A stretch of 63,086 bases of DNA, counting the filler, from Aduncisulcus paluster (Eukaryota): the NCBI GenBank assembly GCA_024181965.1. It is 7 parts of 7 records of this genome, joined end to end, with 100 filler letters (N's around TTAATTAATTAA, not from the genome) between each part and the next. Parts side by side here need not be neighbours in the genome. Positions count along the whole stretch, not along the records: positions 1 to 6,212 come from BQXS01010942.1; positions 6,313 to 17,260 come from BQXS01010943.1; 5 more parts are not named here. The stretch is one strand, 5' to 3'. The position numbers and the translations under genes were made by a program. A model generated the notes under the pieces. It saw nothing but the letters and a program-made list of their open reading frames with translations, made no database searches and was not told where the DNA came from. Positions 1-12,400 of this stretch are shown here, piece after piece. Position 1 is the stretch's first letter, and every line of letters starts with the position of its first letter.

Positions 1-2
1 AG

Positions 3-683
3 ATCCATGATTCCATGTCACGTCAGAGTTCATTCCAGACGCTCAGATCAGATGATTCGTCCTCATCAGAAACTCCCAAGGATGGCTCTGATCCACGTGG
101 TCGTAGTCCTCGTTGTATTGTGGGCACTCTGTGTTACAATGCACCCGAGAGTCTTCAACATGGATGGTACTCTCAAGCCAGTGACACATGGGGATGCATC
201 CTGACGATATGGTCTTTGTTCAACAACATGGAACAACCATTCATGAGTCATCCACAAGTGACAAGTATCGATCCGTCTGATGAAGATTACAATGGGAAAC
301 TTATTATAAAACTGAAAGATCTTATGTCAGACAAAGATACGCTCCCACGTTTGGATGACTCTGAGCTCTTCCTTGAACTCAAGACGATGTGCGATGGAAA
401 GTTCAAGCCGGTGTATGACAATCTTCTTGCAGCCTTCGAGGGTATCATGGAGCCAGACAAGTCCAAACGAATGACGATCCATGATGCACGTAAACTGACG
501 GATGAGATCAAGCATTTACTTCCCCATGTTGGAGAAGGATGGGAGTGTCCATCCATCGAGGAGTACATTCATCGTCAGCTTGAGGAGTATGAGGGACGAA
601 CGGGCTTAGACTCCATCAAAGAGTCAAAGGAATCAAAAGAATCAAAAGAGTCAAAGGAATCAAAGGATTCAAAGGAGGAGTGA
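3..683 (+). CDS. Protein kinase, C-terminal lobe (5'-partial), lineage-expanded family
   Basis: Frame is open from the contig start. GTLCYNAPE (subdomain VIII), SDTWGC (IX), PDKSKRMT (XI). Ends in ESK repeats. Confidence 0.85.
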   Translation: MHDSMSRQSSFQTLRSDDSSSSETPKDGSDPRGRSPRCIVGTLCYNAPESLQHGWYSQASDTWGCILTIWSLFNNMEQPFMSHPQVTSIDPSDEDYNGKLIIKLKDLMSDKDTLPRLDDSELFLELKTMCDGKFKPVYDNLLAAFEGIMEPDKSKRMTIHDARKLTDEIKHLLPHVGEGWECPSIEEYIHRQLEEYEGRTGLDSIKESKESKESKESKESKDSKEE

Positions 684-992
684 ATGGATTTTATTTGAAA
701 ATGTTGATCTGCTCACAAGATTGTTCATATCTCTATTTTCTTCCGTGACATCAAGTTCATGCTCAAGTTTTGTATTATTATTATTATTATTATGTATTCG
801 TGAAATGCCAAGAACTGTTCCTGACTAAACTGAAAATGACTTTCCTGGTCTATTCAAAAGTGAGTCGATAGTCCAGGCAAACGGCAATAGAACGATGAAA
901 ATGTCTCCAATAAAATGACATGGATCAGGTTGTACAAGTGAAATCATCCAGATTACTCGAAGTCCGAATGACAATCACTCATTTGTCATTCC
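54..992 (+). repeat. Left arm of a ~940-bp inverted repeat (kinase 3' half plus 3' trailer)
   Basis: Near-identical to the reverse complement of 5274-6212. Differs by a few SNPs, ESK-repeat number and (TTA)n length. Confidence 0.95.
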
Positions 993-1456
993 CCCGCTAG
1001 ATTTCTCTGAAAATAGAGTAAAGTCTGATAAAACTCGGATATAAACAAATAATATTCAATTCTTACTGAATATAGTTTCGGAAATGTTGACATTTTTGAC
1101 AATCTAGCACAAAATGAGATGATTCAAAAGGAATAGCATGGCATATTATAAAGGTAAATATCATATCATATTGGATCTAATGATTTGAGGCAATAATAAT
1201 TCTTTGATGATGACAAAACAAAAGAAACGTTGTATGGCCAAGATGAGAAACAATATTACAGATATTAAATTAATATTCTCGGTATATATGGACATTTATA
1301 TTATAATTGGAATTAGCATGTGATATTTCCAATTAAATTATACTTATATAATTTCTCGCCTTTTTGAGTATATTTGAGTCTTATTTTCCTCTTTTTTATA
1401 TTATTTTTCTGAAAAACAATTTGTTTAAACAGGTTTTATAAATATAGATTTGTGAT

Positions 1457-4400
1457 ATGTCCCTTGAATACTCATCCGTGGTAAGGTTTCCACCCTTCCA
1501 TAAATTAAAGGCCTTGTTGACAGCAATAGAGGTTTCGACTCATACATCAATCTTCTTGTATTATGAAGCTATTCCTCAAATTAAGGCTATATTCGATACG
1601 ATATTGAAACTATCTCCTTCAGCTCAGTGTTACCACACCCATGCTGCGATATGCTTTAAAATATGTTATTATGTTCTAAATACTTGTACCAATGACGATT
1701 ATCATACCTTCTTCATTAAAGAATCCGGAAATATAAATGAGGAGCTAATTCAAATTGTTTACTCAATTCTACCCAAAATTATCCAGGTTGAAATCATCCT
1801 GAGAGATCAAAAGCTTGAAGAAAATGCAACCCAAAGGGTAGAAAATGATGAAATGGACATTTCTATTGTGAAGGAATCACTATCTGAGACCTCTTGTCTG
1901 ACTCTTAGAATATTGAATAGAGCAATATCATGGGACCCTTCATTATCCAGAAAGTACTTTCCCAATTTATTATCTTTCATAGCCCATGTTTTTAATATGG
2001 GTCAATTAACTATCTTTGAAGATCCAATTATTGAAGATATTTTGGATCTATGTAGAAACATTATCTTTGTTCAGCATGACCCAACCAGGGACTCTTTTTT
2101 ATCGCTTCTCCTCCCTCATATCTTACCATGGGCTCAGAAATATCCAGACAGGAAGTTCTTCCTCTTGTGGATAGACATCTTGAAGAATATCACTCTTGAT
2201 AAGGATAACTCTCTTCCTCATGAAGAGCGTTCCTCACAACTTTGGTTCATGTTTCACCCTGTCTTGAGTATGATTAGTGATATTAGTCCAAAGAACATGC
2301 CTTTTATTCACGAAGCTATCTCTCCATGTTTGTGTTTCTTTGCAAGCCTTTCTTCCATTCCTGCACAGGCTGAAGAAGTATATGATCATACCAAGGATCT
2401 TCTTGGTGGATGGTTTGAGGTTGTGAAAGAGAAGAAAGACACAGATGAAGATCGTCTTGGAATCAAATATTGGTGCCGTCTTATATCCTATTTTTCCTCG
2501 GTCCCTTCTCTTATTGCTCATATATCCCCAAAATTCGATGCAGACATGGAATGGTGTTTGGAAAATACTTACTATATAAGCTCATCTTATTATGATGATT
2601 GTGTGAGATATATGTGTAATTGCAATCCATCGTTGTCGAAATGGGGAGATTTGATCAATAGTATTATGAGGAAATGTCTCAGCGCAACTTCTACATCTCG
2701 TTTGTATAATGAGCATAATGGAGATATTCTTTCGACATTTCAGAAATATCAATCAAAATGTGAAGTGATTGAACATAAAACAGAGATTGTTCTATGTTGT
2801 CAATGTTTGAGGTTGTTTATGCACCATGTTGTTTCTGAAACTAAAATTTTGCTCCCTGTTTATGATATTTTAAAACTCATTGGCATGTTTATTGAGCATT
2901 TATCCAGATTAGTTGTTGATTTAGAAGGGAGACTCGATGAAGTATATTGTCTTATCTGCTGTGAATACACTCATGCCGTGGTTGAGTATCCAGAATCTTT
3001 TCTTCTTTATTCATCTCAAGCATTTCAATCTATTCTAAAGAGAAGATGCACAAACATTCACATGGACAACAACAGAACTGTTCTTTTGAATCTATTTGAG
3101 ATCTTTCAAAATATCTCTTGTGCTAAATCTCTGATATCAAAACAATTTATTCTCAATATTTTCAAAGATTGCATTGAGGAAATATTATTGTTTATGAAAA
3201 AGAGTGACAAATCTCAATATCTCATCCAACGATGGATACTTGTTCTTGTTAATATTACTTCGAATGAGGAATATTCTCCAATTAAATCTCTATGTGCGGA
3301 AGTGTGGCCACTGTTTCACTCGATTTATGATGTTATATGCGTTCACGATGACCATATAACTGCCGATAAGTTTATTGAAATATCTAGTATTTTACATTTC
3401 TTTTCCCATCTCTGTTGTGATCCTTTACATGCTGTTGAAGTCTATGACACTATTAAAGATCGTTTAAATATATGGTTTGAGTCAATTAAAACAGCTAAGG
3501 ATGATATTATCCAGCCAATTCGACAATTCTCTCGATTTTTATCTGTTCTCAGCTCTGTTCCATCTCTTATCCCTAAAATATCCCCTAGGTATGATGATGC
3601 TATGAAATGGTGCAAAGATAACGGAGATATTGATAATTATTATTATATATATCTTGAGAATTGTTATCCTTCTCTAAAGAAATGGATTTGTTTGATCTCC
3701 AAAATCCAGAGATCTCAACAGACACAAACATCAAAATTGTATCAATCGTCCCGAGTGAAGCTTCTTGATGTGTTCACGTCTGTCTTAGCGCAAAAGAATA
3801 TAATTCATATCCATAAACAGAAGTTAATTGTATGTTGTCAGTGTCTAAGCATGTTTGTGATGCATAAATTTCCCACTGGCCAAATTTATGAAGCTTCCGA
3901 CGTTAAACTATCCTTTTCTCTTCTAACTGGATTGGTCAGAACATTCATTGATCATCTATCAAAAGCCAATGAGAAATTGGAAGGAGCTATTGATGAAGAA
4001 TATTGCAAGATTTGTGAAATTTCAGGACATAAAGAAAGAGAATTTTTCTATTATGGAATCCTCCCAACGCTCCAAAATATTCTTGAACGGGGAAGCCAGA
4101 GAGACAGAAAGTTACGAGGCCGTACACATTATTATCTATTGAAAACATTACGAAATATCTCCAAATCATCCCCCAAACCCATTTTACAGATTATAAAACC
4201 ATACATTATTGATTGGATGGAACTCTATCCTGATTCTAAGAGTTATGGATTCTGGATGGAAATACTTACAAATTGCACGTGGTCACATAAAAATGAATCA
4301 GCGAACAGAACTCTATGTTCTGAAGCTTGGCCCCTCTTTCATCCAATTCTTAATATAGTGAAGAGAGAGTTTGTAGGAAATCAAATTGATGTGGATAGTC

Positions 4401-5177
4401 ACGAATTGTTCCTATTCTTCTTCAATAATCTCTGTTCCAACCAAAATCATATCATTGAAATCTATGAAAATGTGAAACATCTTCTTGGAGGATGGTTTGA
4501 AATGATAAAAACTTCCAAACGTGACTGGAATATTCAATATCTATCTGAATTTATGGCCAGATTCATTTCTACGCTTTCATCAGAACCTTTAATAATTCCA
4601 GAGTTGTCTCCGAAATTTGATGAAGATATGAAATGGTGCTCGTCAAGCGCATTTTGTGACAACCCATTTTGATAGATATCTTTCAAACATTTATTCATAT
4701 CTTTCCTCTTCTCATTTCTTGAGACTCATCCGTTCTATTCCCATGATAGCGACTATTCCGACGATTGAGACTTCTCCACGTCCTGATTTTGATGGACATT
4801 CATTCGGTTTACGTGTTTGTTCTTGGCTGAAGTATTATAGAAATAGTGATCGTCCTTCTTTTGAAGATGTTACATATTTTGATCTTATCTCTGGAAAGAG
4901 AATGAATTATTCAACATGTAAAGTAATTCAATCCGGTGAATATTGTTATGAATTTAGCGATGATGAAAAGGAAAGAAAAGGAGAGTCAAAGGATTCTCGT
5001 CGTGTTGCATATTCTCCTCTCCTACACTATTCTCTTCCTCAAAAGTTGCTTGTCAAAATGAAATTTAAAGAGGAAAGACCATTAAGACAGGCTGCATATG
5101 ATCTTATCGAAGAAACAAGTGCAGGAACTGAAGTTTTATTTGATGATTCATATGGATATCCAGGATATCTGAAATGA
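1457..5177 (+). CDS. Large helical (ARM/HEAT-like) tandem-repeat protein of a lineage-expanded family, split by a 1-nt frameshift near 4665
   Basis: ORFs 1457-4672 and 4656-5177 together align with 18105-22125 (LLPHILPW..KYPD.KFF, CSEAWPLFHP, FDRY.SNI, LLVKM.F.EER.LRQ..YD). The fold assignment is a guess. Confidence 0.75.
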
Positions 5178-5273
5178 AAGAAAAACTTGAATGAAAAGTA
5201 TGAGAACCAAAACTAACAATACCAATAATGTCTCACGTTTACGAAAATAGAAATTTTGTTATCTTGACGTTGT

Positions 5274-5477
5274 GGAATGACAAATGAGTGATTGTCATTC
5301 GGACTTCGAGTAAGCTGGACGATTTCACTTGTACAACCTGATCCATGTCATTTTATTGGAGACATTTTCATCGTTCTATTGCCGTTTGCCTGGACTATCG
5401 ACTCACTTTTGAATAGACCGGGAAAGTCATTTTCAGGATTGTCAGGAACAGTTCTTGGCATTTCACGAATACATAAC

Positions 5478-5512
<35 letters not shown>

Positions 5513-6212
5513 AAAACTTGAGCATGAACTTGATGTCACGGAAGAAAATAGAGATATGAACAATTTTGTGAGCAGATCAACATTTTCAAATAAAAACCAA
5601 TCACTCCTCCTTTGACTCCTTTGATTCCTTTGAATCCTTTGACTCTTTGATGGAGTCTAAGCCCGTTCGTCCCTCATACTCCTCAAGCTGACGATGAATG
5701 TACTCCTCGATAGATGGACACTCCCATCCTTCTCCAACATGGGGAAGTAAATGCTTGATCTCATCTGTCAGTTTACGTGCATCATGGATCGTCATTCGTT
5801 TGGACTTGTCTGGCTCCATGATACCCTCGAAGGCTGCAAGAAGATTGTCATACACTGGCTTGAACTTTCCATCGCACATCGTCTTGAGTTCAAGGAAGAG
5901 CTCAGAGTCATCCAAACGTGGGAGCGTATCTTTGTCTGACATAAGATCTTTCAGTTTTATAATAAGTTTCCCATTGTAATCTTCATCAGACGGATCGATA
6001 CTTGTCACTTGTGGATGACTCATGAATGGTTGTTCCATGTTGTTGAACAAAGACCATATCGTCAGGATGCATCCCCATGTGTCACTGGCTTGAGAGTACC
6101 GTCCATGTTGAAGACTCTCGGGTGCATTGTAACACAGAGTGCCCACAATACAACGAGGACTACGACCACGTGGATCAGAGCCATCCTTGGGAGTTTCTGA
6201 TGAGGACGAATC
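5274..6212 (-). repeat. Right arm of the ~940-bp inverted repeat
   Basis: Reverse complement of 54-992. Confidence 0.95.
5601..6212 (-). CDS. Protein kinase C-terminal lobe (5'-partial), near-identical paralog of 3-683
   Basis: Same protein except HGRY vs HGWY and fewer ESK repeats. Truncated by the contig end. Confidence 0.85.
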   Translation of the reverse strand, partial: DSSSSETPKDGSDPRGRSPRCIVGTLCYNAPESLQHGRYSQASDTWGCILTIWSLFNNMEQPFMSHPQVTSIDPSDEDYNGKLIIKLKDLMSDKDTLPRLDDSELFLELKTMCDGKFKPVYDNLLAAFEGIMEPDKSKRMTIHDARKLTDEIKHLLPHVGEGWECPSIEEYIHRQLEEYEGRTGLDSIKESKDSKESKESKEE

Positions 6213-6312
6213 NNNNNNNNNNNNNNNNNNNNNNNNNNNNNNNNNNNNNNNNNNNNTTAATTAATTAANNNNNNNNNNNNNNNNNNNNNNNNNNNNNNNN
6301 NNNNNNNNNNNN
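6213..6312. other. Artificial contig linker
   Basis: N44-TTAATTAATTAA-N44, stops in all six frames. Confidence 0.99.
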
Positions 6313-6555
6313 GAGACGATTGAAGGTGGGAAATACAATGCCGTGTATCAAGTGTTTCTTGCCGTGTTCGATGGTCTGTTGAACCCTGACCGTCTGAAAC
6401 GAATGACGATCCACCAAGCCCGCTCTCTGACGAATGATATCAAATATTTACTGCCGCGTCTTGGAGAAGGGTGGGAATGTCCATCCATCGAGGAGTACAT
6501 TGCCCGTCAGCTTGAAGAGTATGATGGGTGTACAGGGACAATCCATGGCTTTTAA
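6313..6555 (+). CDS. Kinase C-terminal tail (5'-partial), same family
   Basis: PDRLKRMTIHQAR...LLPRLGEGWECPSIEEYI matches the end of 3-683. Followed by (GCAGTA)n. Confidence 0.8.
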   Translation, partial: ETIEGGKYNAVYQVFLAVFDGLLNPDRLKRMTIHQARSLTNDIKYLLPRLGEGWECPSIEEYIARQLEEYDGCTGTIHGF

Positions 6556-7288
6556 GCAGTAGCAGTAGCAGTAGCAGTAGCAGTAGCAGTAGCCGTGTGA
6601 AATAAGGAGTTGATAAAGATGTGCTCTAGTTGGTGAAGTGTGTAATCTCCCAGCTCTCACAAAAAGATCTCACACTTTCACTGTTCTATTCTATTTTCTG
6701 TTGATCTCGTTAACCGTTAACGGGATTCTCGTTAGACTCCAATCAGTTCCAATATACTTCTTCCTTCACAAATGACTCGTACATTCCTCTAAAATGTGCT
6801 TTATTCCCTTATTTTTTTTTCTTTGTAGTCCTTCTAATAAATTCTAACTCAGTAAAACATGAACAACAATTATAGCTATACAAAAACAAACAATGTTGCT
6901 ATAATTAGATCATTTCTTTCTCACTCTCTGGTACAACATTGAGGTCGTTCTTTAGGACTGTCATTCGTTTGGTTTGTATGTGGAATTATTTGACTGTGAA
7001 TAGTAATAACAGAGTTGTCTCCATACTCATCCAGGGGTATTATGATGTTTGTGATTCAATGATATGACATATGCAGATCATTGGAGATGTTGGAGATATA
7101 TACATGTAGATAAGCAATGAGTCTTAGGCTGTGGGCATCTATGTACTCTACAAGTGAGAGATAGAATGATCGATTTGATAAGATAAAATCCCTTAATTGG
7201 TATGAATGGTAGCATAAAAATCTGACATTTCGTAATTGGAGATATGCGATAAGTGAGTGTAGAGACCCGTGAGAAATAAAGATTTGTA

Positions 7289-8929
7289 TTACCCTGTTTT
7301 GTTTGTTTCATCTTCAACTGATTTGCAGACAGATATTTTGTTTGTTGTGTTACTGACAACACATGAATCCATGATTTTCTCTGCATCTGAAATCCGATCT
7401 TTAGCCGACACATATTGCAAACACGATGAGAAAACATAGAAGAACAACAAGAACACACTCGAAAGCCCGCAAAAGAAGAATAATCCAATTCCAAAGCACA
7501 TAGCCAGCCATGGAGAGAATTCATTGTTACCAGCTTCAGATGTATCAAATGCAGACCCTGTGGCAAGGATAAGGTTGAAATATGCTTCATTCTCACTTTC
7601 ATAGCTCACACAAGTAAGCTCATCGATGACATTTCCATCAGAATCATACACAGAGAGAAGGGGATAAACATGCCACAGGGATAATGATACCTTCAAAGGG
7701 TGTGACCCTGGGAATAAAGAATCTATCCCATCTATTCGAACACTGGAGAGGAGCAATCTATCATCACTATCATCGGTTTCCTCTTCCTCTTCTTCGCTTT
7801 CTTCCTCTTCTTCCATTTCTTCTTCTGTATTATTAATTTCTTCACAATATTCCACCTCGTCATCTTCTGTTCCATCATCAGAAAGAGCAGAGTCTTCAAC
7901 TTCATGAGGAATAATTTTAATATAACCATAACTATTATTGCTGTTAGTGCTATTATCATTCATATTTATAATACTAATACCATTCTTTGAAAGGATATCT
8001 GTTGTTTCAATCCCAGCTTCAACATTATCATCATTATCATCATTGGTATCATCACAGCCTTCATTACCATCACAATTCGATGATTCCTTACTCGTTGAAG
8101 AAATGCCAGATATTTCAGAAGTTAGAACAATATAAAGAACCGAACTATCGATTCCTGCACAACTTGTAGTCCAATCAATATTATATAAAGCAAGAGAGGT
8201 TGTATTACTATCTGTGCTCGCATCGTTTGAGGAAGAAGTCTCAGAGTCTGTTTCCGAAGTGGTATAATGTTCAGACTCACAATCTGTGTCAGAGTCACAA
8301 TCATATTCATCTGTCAAAACTTCTTCTTCCTCTTCTTCTCCCTCTTCCTCCTGCTCTTCATCGGGTGCTTCTGGTTCTTCTATCACTTCTTCTTCTTCTT
8401 CTTCTGCTTCTTCTTCATAGTAATATTCATTCGAGATGGATGTTTTCCAAATGTTCGAATCAGGAAGCTCAATAAAACTTAAATTAACTTCCTCTTGTGA
8501 AATTCTATCATACATAACCAAACCATTGATCCTGGAAATAAATAATTCCTCCTCTCCCTCTTCTTCTTCTTCTTCTTCTTCTTCTTCTTCTTCATTAATG
8601 AAAGTTTCAATATAACTCCGGTATAACGATATATCAGTGATTTGAAAAGGAGGAAGAATTTGGAATGAATCTTTTGAAATCGAAGATTCAATGCTGCTAT
8701 TGTTCACACCAACTCCTAAATGTGTTGAACTCCAGTGAAATTCAAGCTTATAATCAAAAATATTCGAGAGATAATCAATATTTTCAGTGGAAGAACTAAC
8801 AATTTCAGAGTATTGTTGATTGTACAAATCCCACAAGTCTTGGGCATATTCCACATCAACAAAATTCAACGAAAGAATATATGAAAAGGAACATAAGAGT
8901 ACCAAAACAAACAAAAACATATTATCCAT
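7289..8929 (-). CDS. Acidic type-I membrane/surface protein, unknown function
   Basis: 546 aa. Hydrophobic N-terminal signal peptide, long poly-Glu/Asp tracts, C-terminal hydrophobic segment (WLAMCFGIGLFFFCGLSSVFLLFFYVF). Confidence 0.7.
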   Translation of the reverse strand: MDNMFLFVLVLLCSFSYILSLNFVDVEYAQDLWDLYNQQYSEIVSSSTENIDYLSNIFDYKLEFHWSSTHLGVGVNNSSIESSISKDSFQILPPFQITDISLYRSYIETFINEEEEEEEEEEEEGEEELFISRINGLVMYDRISQEEVNLSFIELPDSNIWKTSISNEYYYEEEAEEEEEEVIEEPEAPDEEQEEEGEEEEEEVLTDEYDCDSDTDCESEHYTTSETDSETSSSNDASTDSNTTSLALYNIDWTTSCAGIDSSVLYIVLTSEISGISSTSKESSNCDGNEGCDDTNDDNDDNVEAGIETTDILSKNGISIINMNDNSTNSNNSYGYIKIIPHEVEDSALSDDGTEDDEVEYCEEINNTEEEMEEEEESEEEEEETDDSDDRLLLSSVRIDGIDSLFPGSHPLKVSLSLWHVYPLLSVYDSDGNVIDELTCVSYESENEAYFNLILATGSAFDTSEAGNNEFSPWLAMCFGIGLFFFCGLSSVFLLFFYVFSSCLQYVSAKDRISDAEKIMDSCVVSNTTNKISVCKSVEDETNKTG

Positions 8930-9440
8930 ATAAAATGAAATCGTTACAATGTTGTCACAGATATTCGTTGAAAAAGGTCAGGCTTGAGACGTGGATTGAC
9001 AAAAAACTTGACAAATTCTGAAAATAGCCTTCATTATATTCCAATATCCCATTATCATTTATCGGTAATCAAGGAAATAAATATAAATCCATCAAATAAT
9101 TTCACAATTTTCCATGAATGAAGGAAAGAAAAAAAAAAAAAAAAAAAGACCAAAATGAGCATATTGAAAACTAAATCAATTGAATATGTCACTTAAACAT
9201 TCAAATATATCGAGTATTTTCTTTAAATATGGCCATACTAAATCGACAATGGGGTGCAAAACATCAATTTAACGTTAACTATCTGTTGACAAAAATAATT
9301 AAAAAAAGAAACCTCTAAACTCACGTAATAACTATTTTATAACAACTTTTTAAGTTTAATAAGATTTGATAAAGACAATTTCGGCCTACAATGAATTCGA
9401 CATCCAGAAATGACATTTTCTTTTGTTCCATCACTTTGCC

Positions 9441-12400
9441 ATGGGAAAACACCAGAAGAAAAAACATTCCAAGTTTAATTTGACTCTTCTTCGAGAGGCC
9501 TTTAAGTTCACAATTCCAAATCAATCAAGCTTAGGGGTGTTACAAGAAGACACTGTTAATTTGTCCATTTTATCCATATCTTATGAGTCTGCCAACTATC
9601 TTCTTAATTTTTCAAAACAAGCATCCAATTTATCGGCCGCAATTGCCTGTGCCACTCTTGTTAATTGGATTCAATATCCTGCCTCAGAGTCGTTATTACC
9701 GCAGCATACAACATTCTTAATGGAATGTCGTAGAAAGATAAACATTGCTCGCCGTCCCGATATGGTCATTGAAAATCTATTTAAACCTTTTCCTCGACTT
9801 TCTCCGATAATCTTATCTTTACCCCTCTATGAGAGAGGTCTCTTTAAGGAGGCAATGGTCGAGTACTTCTTTTGGTTAGGCATTCAAGCCACATTGACTA
9901 TACTTCTCAAAGACAATTGTAACAGAGTTTCTCCACTCGAATCGTATTTATCCCCGATTTACAGCAACATATGCCAGTTATTGTTCCCCTTTATACAAAC
10001 AGTGCGACACACGGAAGTTCACGAAACGAAAATGTGCTTCCAAAGTGAACATATCCGCCCCGAGTTCCAAGCTGATACCTCTGGCGACGAATTGCTTGTT
10101 CATTTGTTCTCAGAAGTGACTAAAAATAGATTAAAATGGAAAGAAGCTGACTCGTTCCGTCTGTCTATCAGGGAAATCAGAGAAAGAAAGGACAAGAAGA
10201 CTGTATTGTCCAATCTATTCGGTTTTTTCAACCGTGATATCATCGATTTTGCAGCTCCCTTCCCTGCTCCGACTTCTCCTCAAGACTTTCTCACCCAATC
10301 TATTTATAAACGTCTTATTCGGACCCTCTTATTCCTTGCCGAGATTGACTATGATCCGTCGAAGCACTGTTCGTCGTGGCCACCCGAGGCTCAGTTACCT
10401 GCTCTTGTGTCGTCTCAAACCGGTCAATCGCCGTTTACATTCACCAATGGGATCATTGAGGATGATTTGACGACTGTTGATGGGCACAAACCTGACATTT
10501 GTCCGAAGATTCGGAAGAAGAAAACTCTCTTCTCGTCTTCAACTATCCGATCTGCTTCACATTCATTGCGTTTACCCATGCTCTGTGACATATATGTGAG
10601 CGATAGATGTGTTTCTGAGTGTTTCCAACATGATGTCAACAGATGTTTGAGGTATCTAACCAAGAATGATGCTCTCAATGTTGATTTCGAGGTTGAGTTT
10701 CTCAGCGCTTATGAGTTTGCAGGAAAATCAAAGACCTGGGCCAATCCATCGGGATGTTTCCTCCCGTTTCCATACTGTCAGATCCAAGACAGATCCTATG
10801 GTCACTCTGTCGCTTCATTTCCTTCTCTTTCAACGTCTTACTGCCTTTCTGTTCCTTCTCTCGTCAGGCCCTGTGACATTGTCGCGGGCATGCTTGAGTG
10901 TGTGACAATCTCGGAAGCTAAGTTGGGATCAAGGAAGGCAGCAATCACAAGTGCAATCGATCATTTCTATGCCGTTGAACTCATCTCAAGCCAAGAAATG
11001 TCCTCGATACTCGGATACAGCACAACTATCTCAAGTTCTGATCTATTTTTAGACATTATTCCCAGAATAGATCGTCGAGGTTCCATTGATTTGCAGCCGA
11101 TGAGGGATGCTTCTTTTGCTCTTGACCCTCGAAATGAAATGCTGAGTTCTCCGGAATGGCTTTCGTCTCCTTCCCCTTCTTCCCAAGGTCTTCCTGATGG
11201 TCTTCCTGATGGTTTTCATGGTGATGATTATGATGGCAAAAGTTCATGTGTGGGGATTGATGATAGTCTTGCAGAAAGTGAAGAAACTGCCATCGTATCT
11301 CCTTGTGCATCCTCTTCCTCTTCCTCCTCTTCCTCTTCTTCCTCTCCCCCCTCCTCTTCTTCCTCTTACTCCTCTCTCTCTTCTTCTCTTGAGTATTCAC
11401 ATGATCATGTTCAACCATCACCCGTGTCCGTGTCTACTCTGTCCAAACACAAGCTACGACAACCACAGACAATCAACCCTCTTCCTTTGTCCGCATTGCC
11501 ATCTCCTGCATCACATTCACACGCTGTCTTGGCCCATGTGGTCGTGAATGGCTGTTCAAACGTGTACCCCAAGGACAAACTGACACGATCCAGCGATCCA
11601 TACGCTCTGGTCAGCGTCGTGGGACAAGAAAACGAGAGGAGAACTATCACAAAGACTAAGACACTCAATCCAACTTGGAACGAACAATTCACATTTCCTA
11701 TATTTAGATACCATGTTTCTCACATTCTAAATCAGGAACAACAACAACAGCAACAAGAAGTATTGCAGCGAGAACTGCGAGAACAGCTCGAACAGCGAGA
11801 TGAAGGTCGATCTATGCTGGAGGTTCAAGATGGAACGACCGTGACTACAAAACCTGGTACAATTAATACTGCTACTACTTTTAACGCTGAAGAAACTAAA
11901 AGAGCTGCCATTATTCTTGAGAAACGTCTAAAATTAGCCAAATCGATCCTCAAATCGAAAAGTTCGCTCTCTCGCAAGGAGCTTAGATCGCATTCTCGTG
12001 ATATCCATATGATTGTCAATGCTCAACGTGTGTGTACCCCGCACTATATGAGTGACAATGATATATTGTTATTGTATTATTATTCAAACGTTGTTAAGAT
12101 TGCTGTCTTCGACCATGATGCCGTTGGAAAAGATGACTTTCTTGGCCATGTATTTATTCCTCTTCCCGAACTTCCAAGCAACGCTGTGATCCAACGAATG
12201 TTCATGAAGAAACGTGAGACGCTTGGTGCAGATGCTTTTAGAGCTGGGGAAGGCAATTATGTTACCCTCTCCTCATATTCGGATGGCAATGTCTTACAGT
12301 GGAAACTATCCTTGTCTCCACCAGAACAAGCGAAAGGGAGAGGAAAAGAGAAGCATTCTGATACTGCAACTACGACTACAACTGCAACTGAATGTGACGG

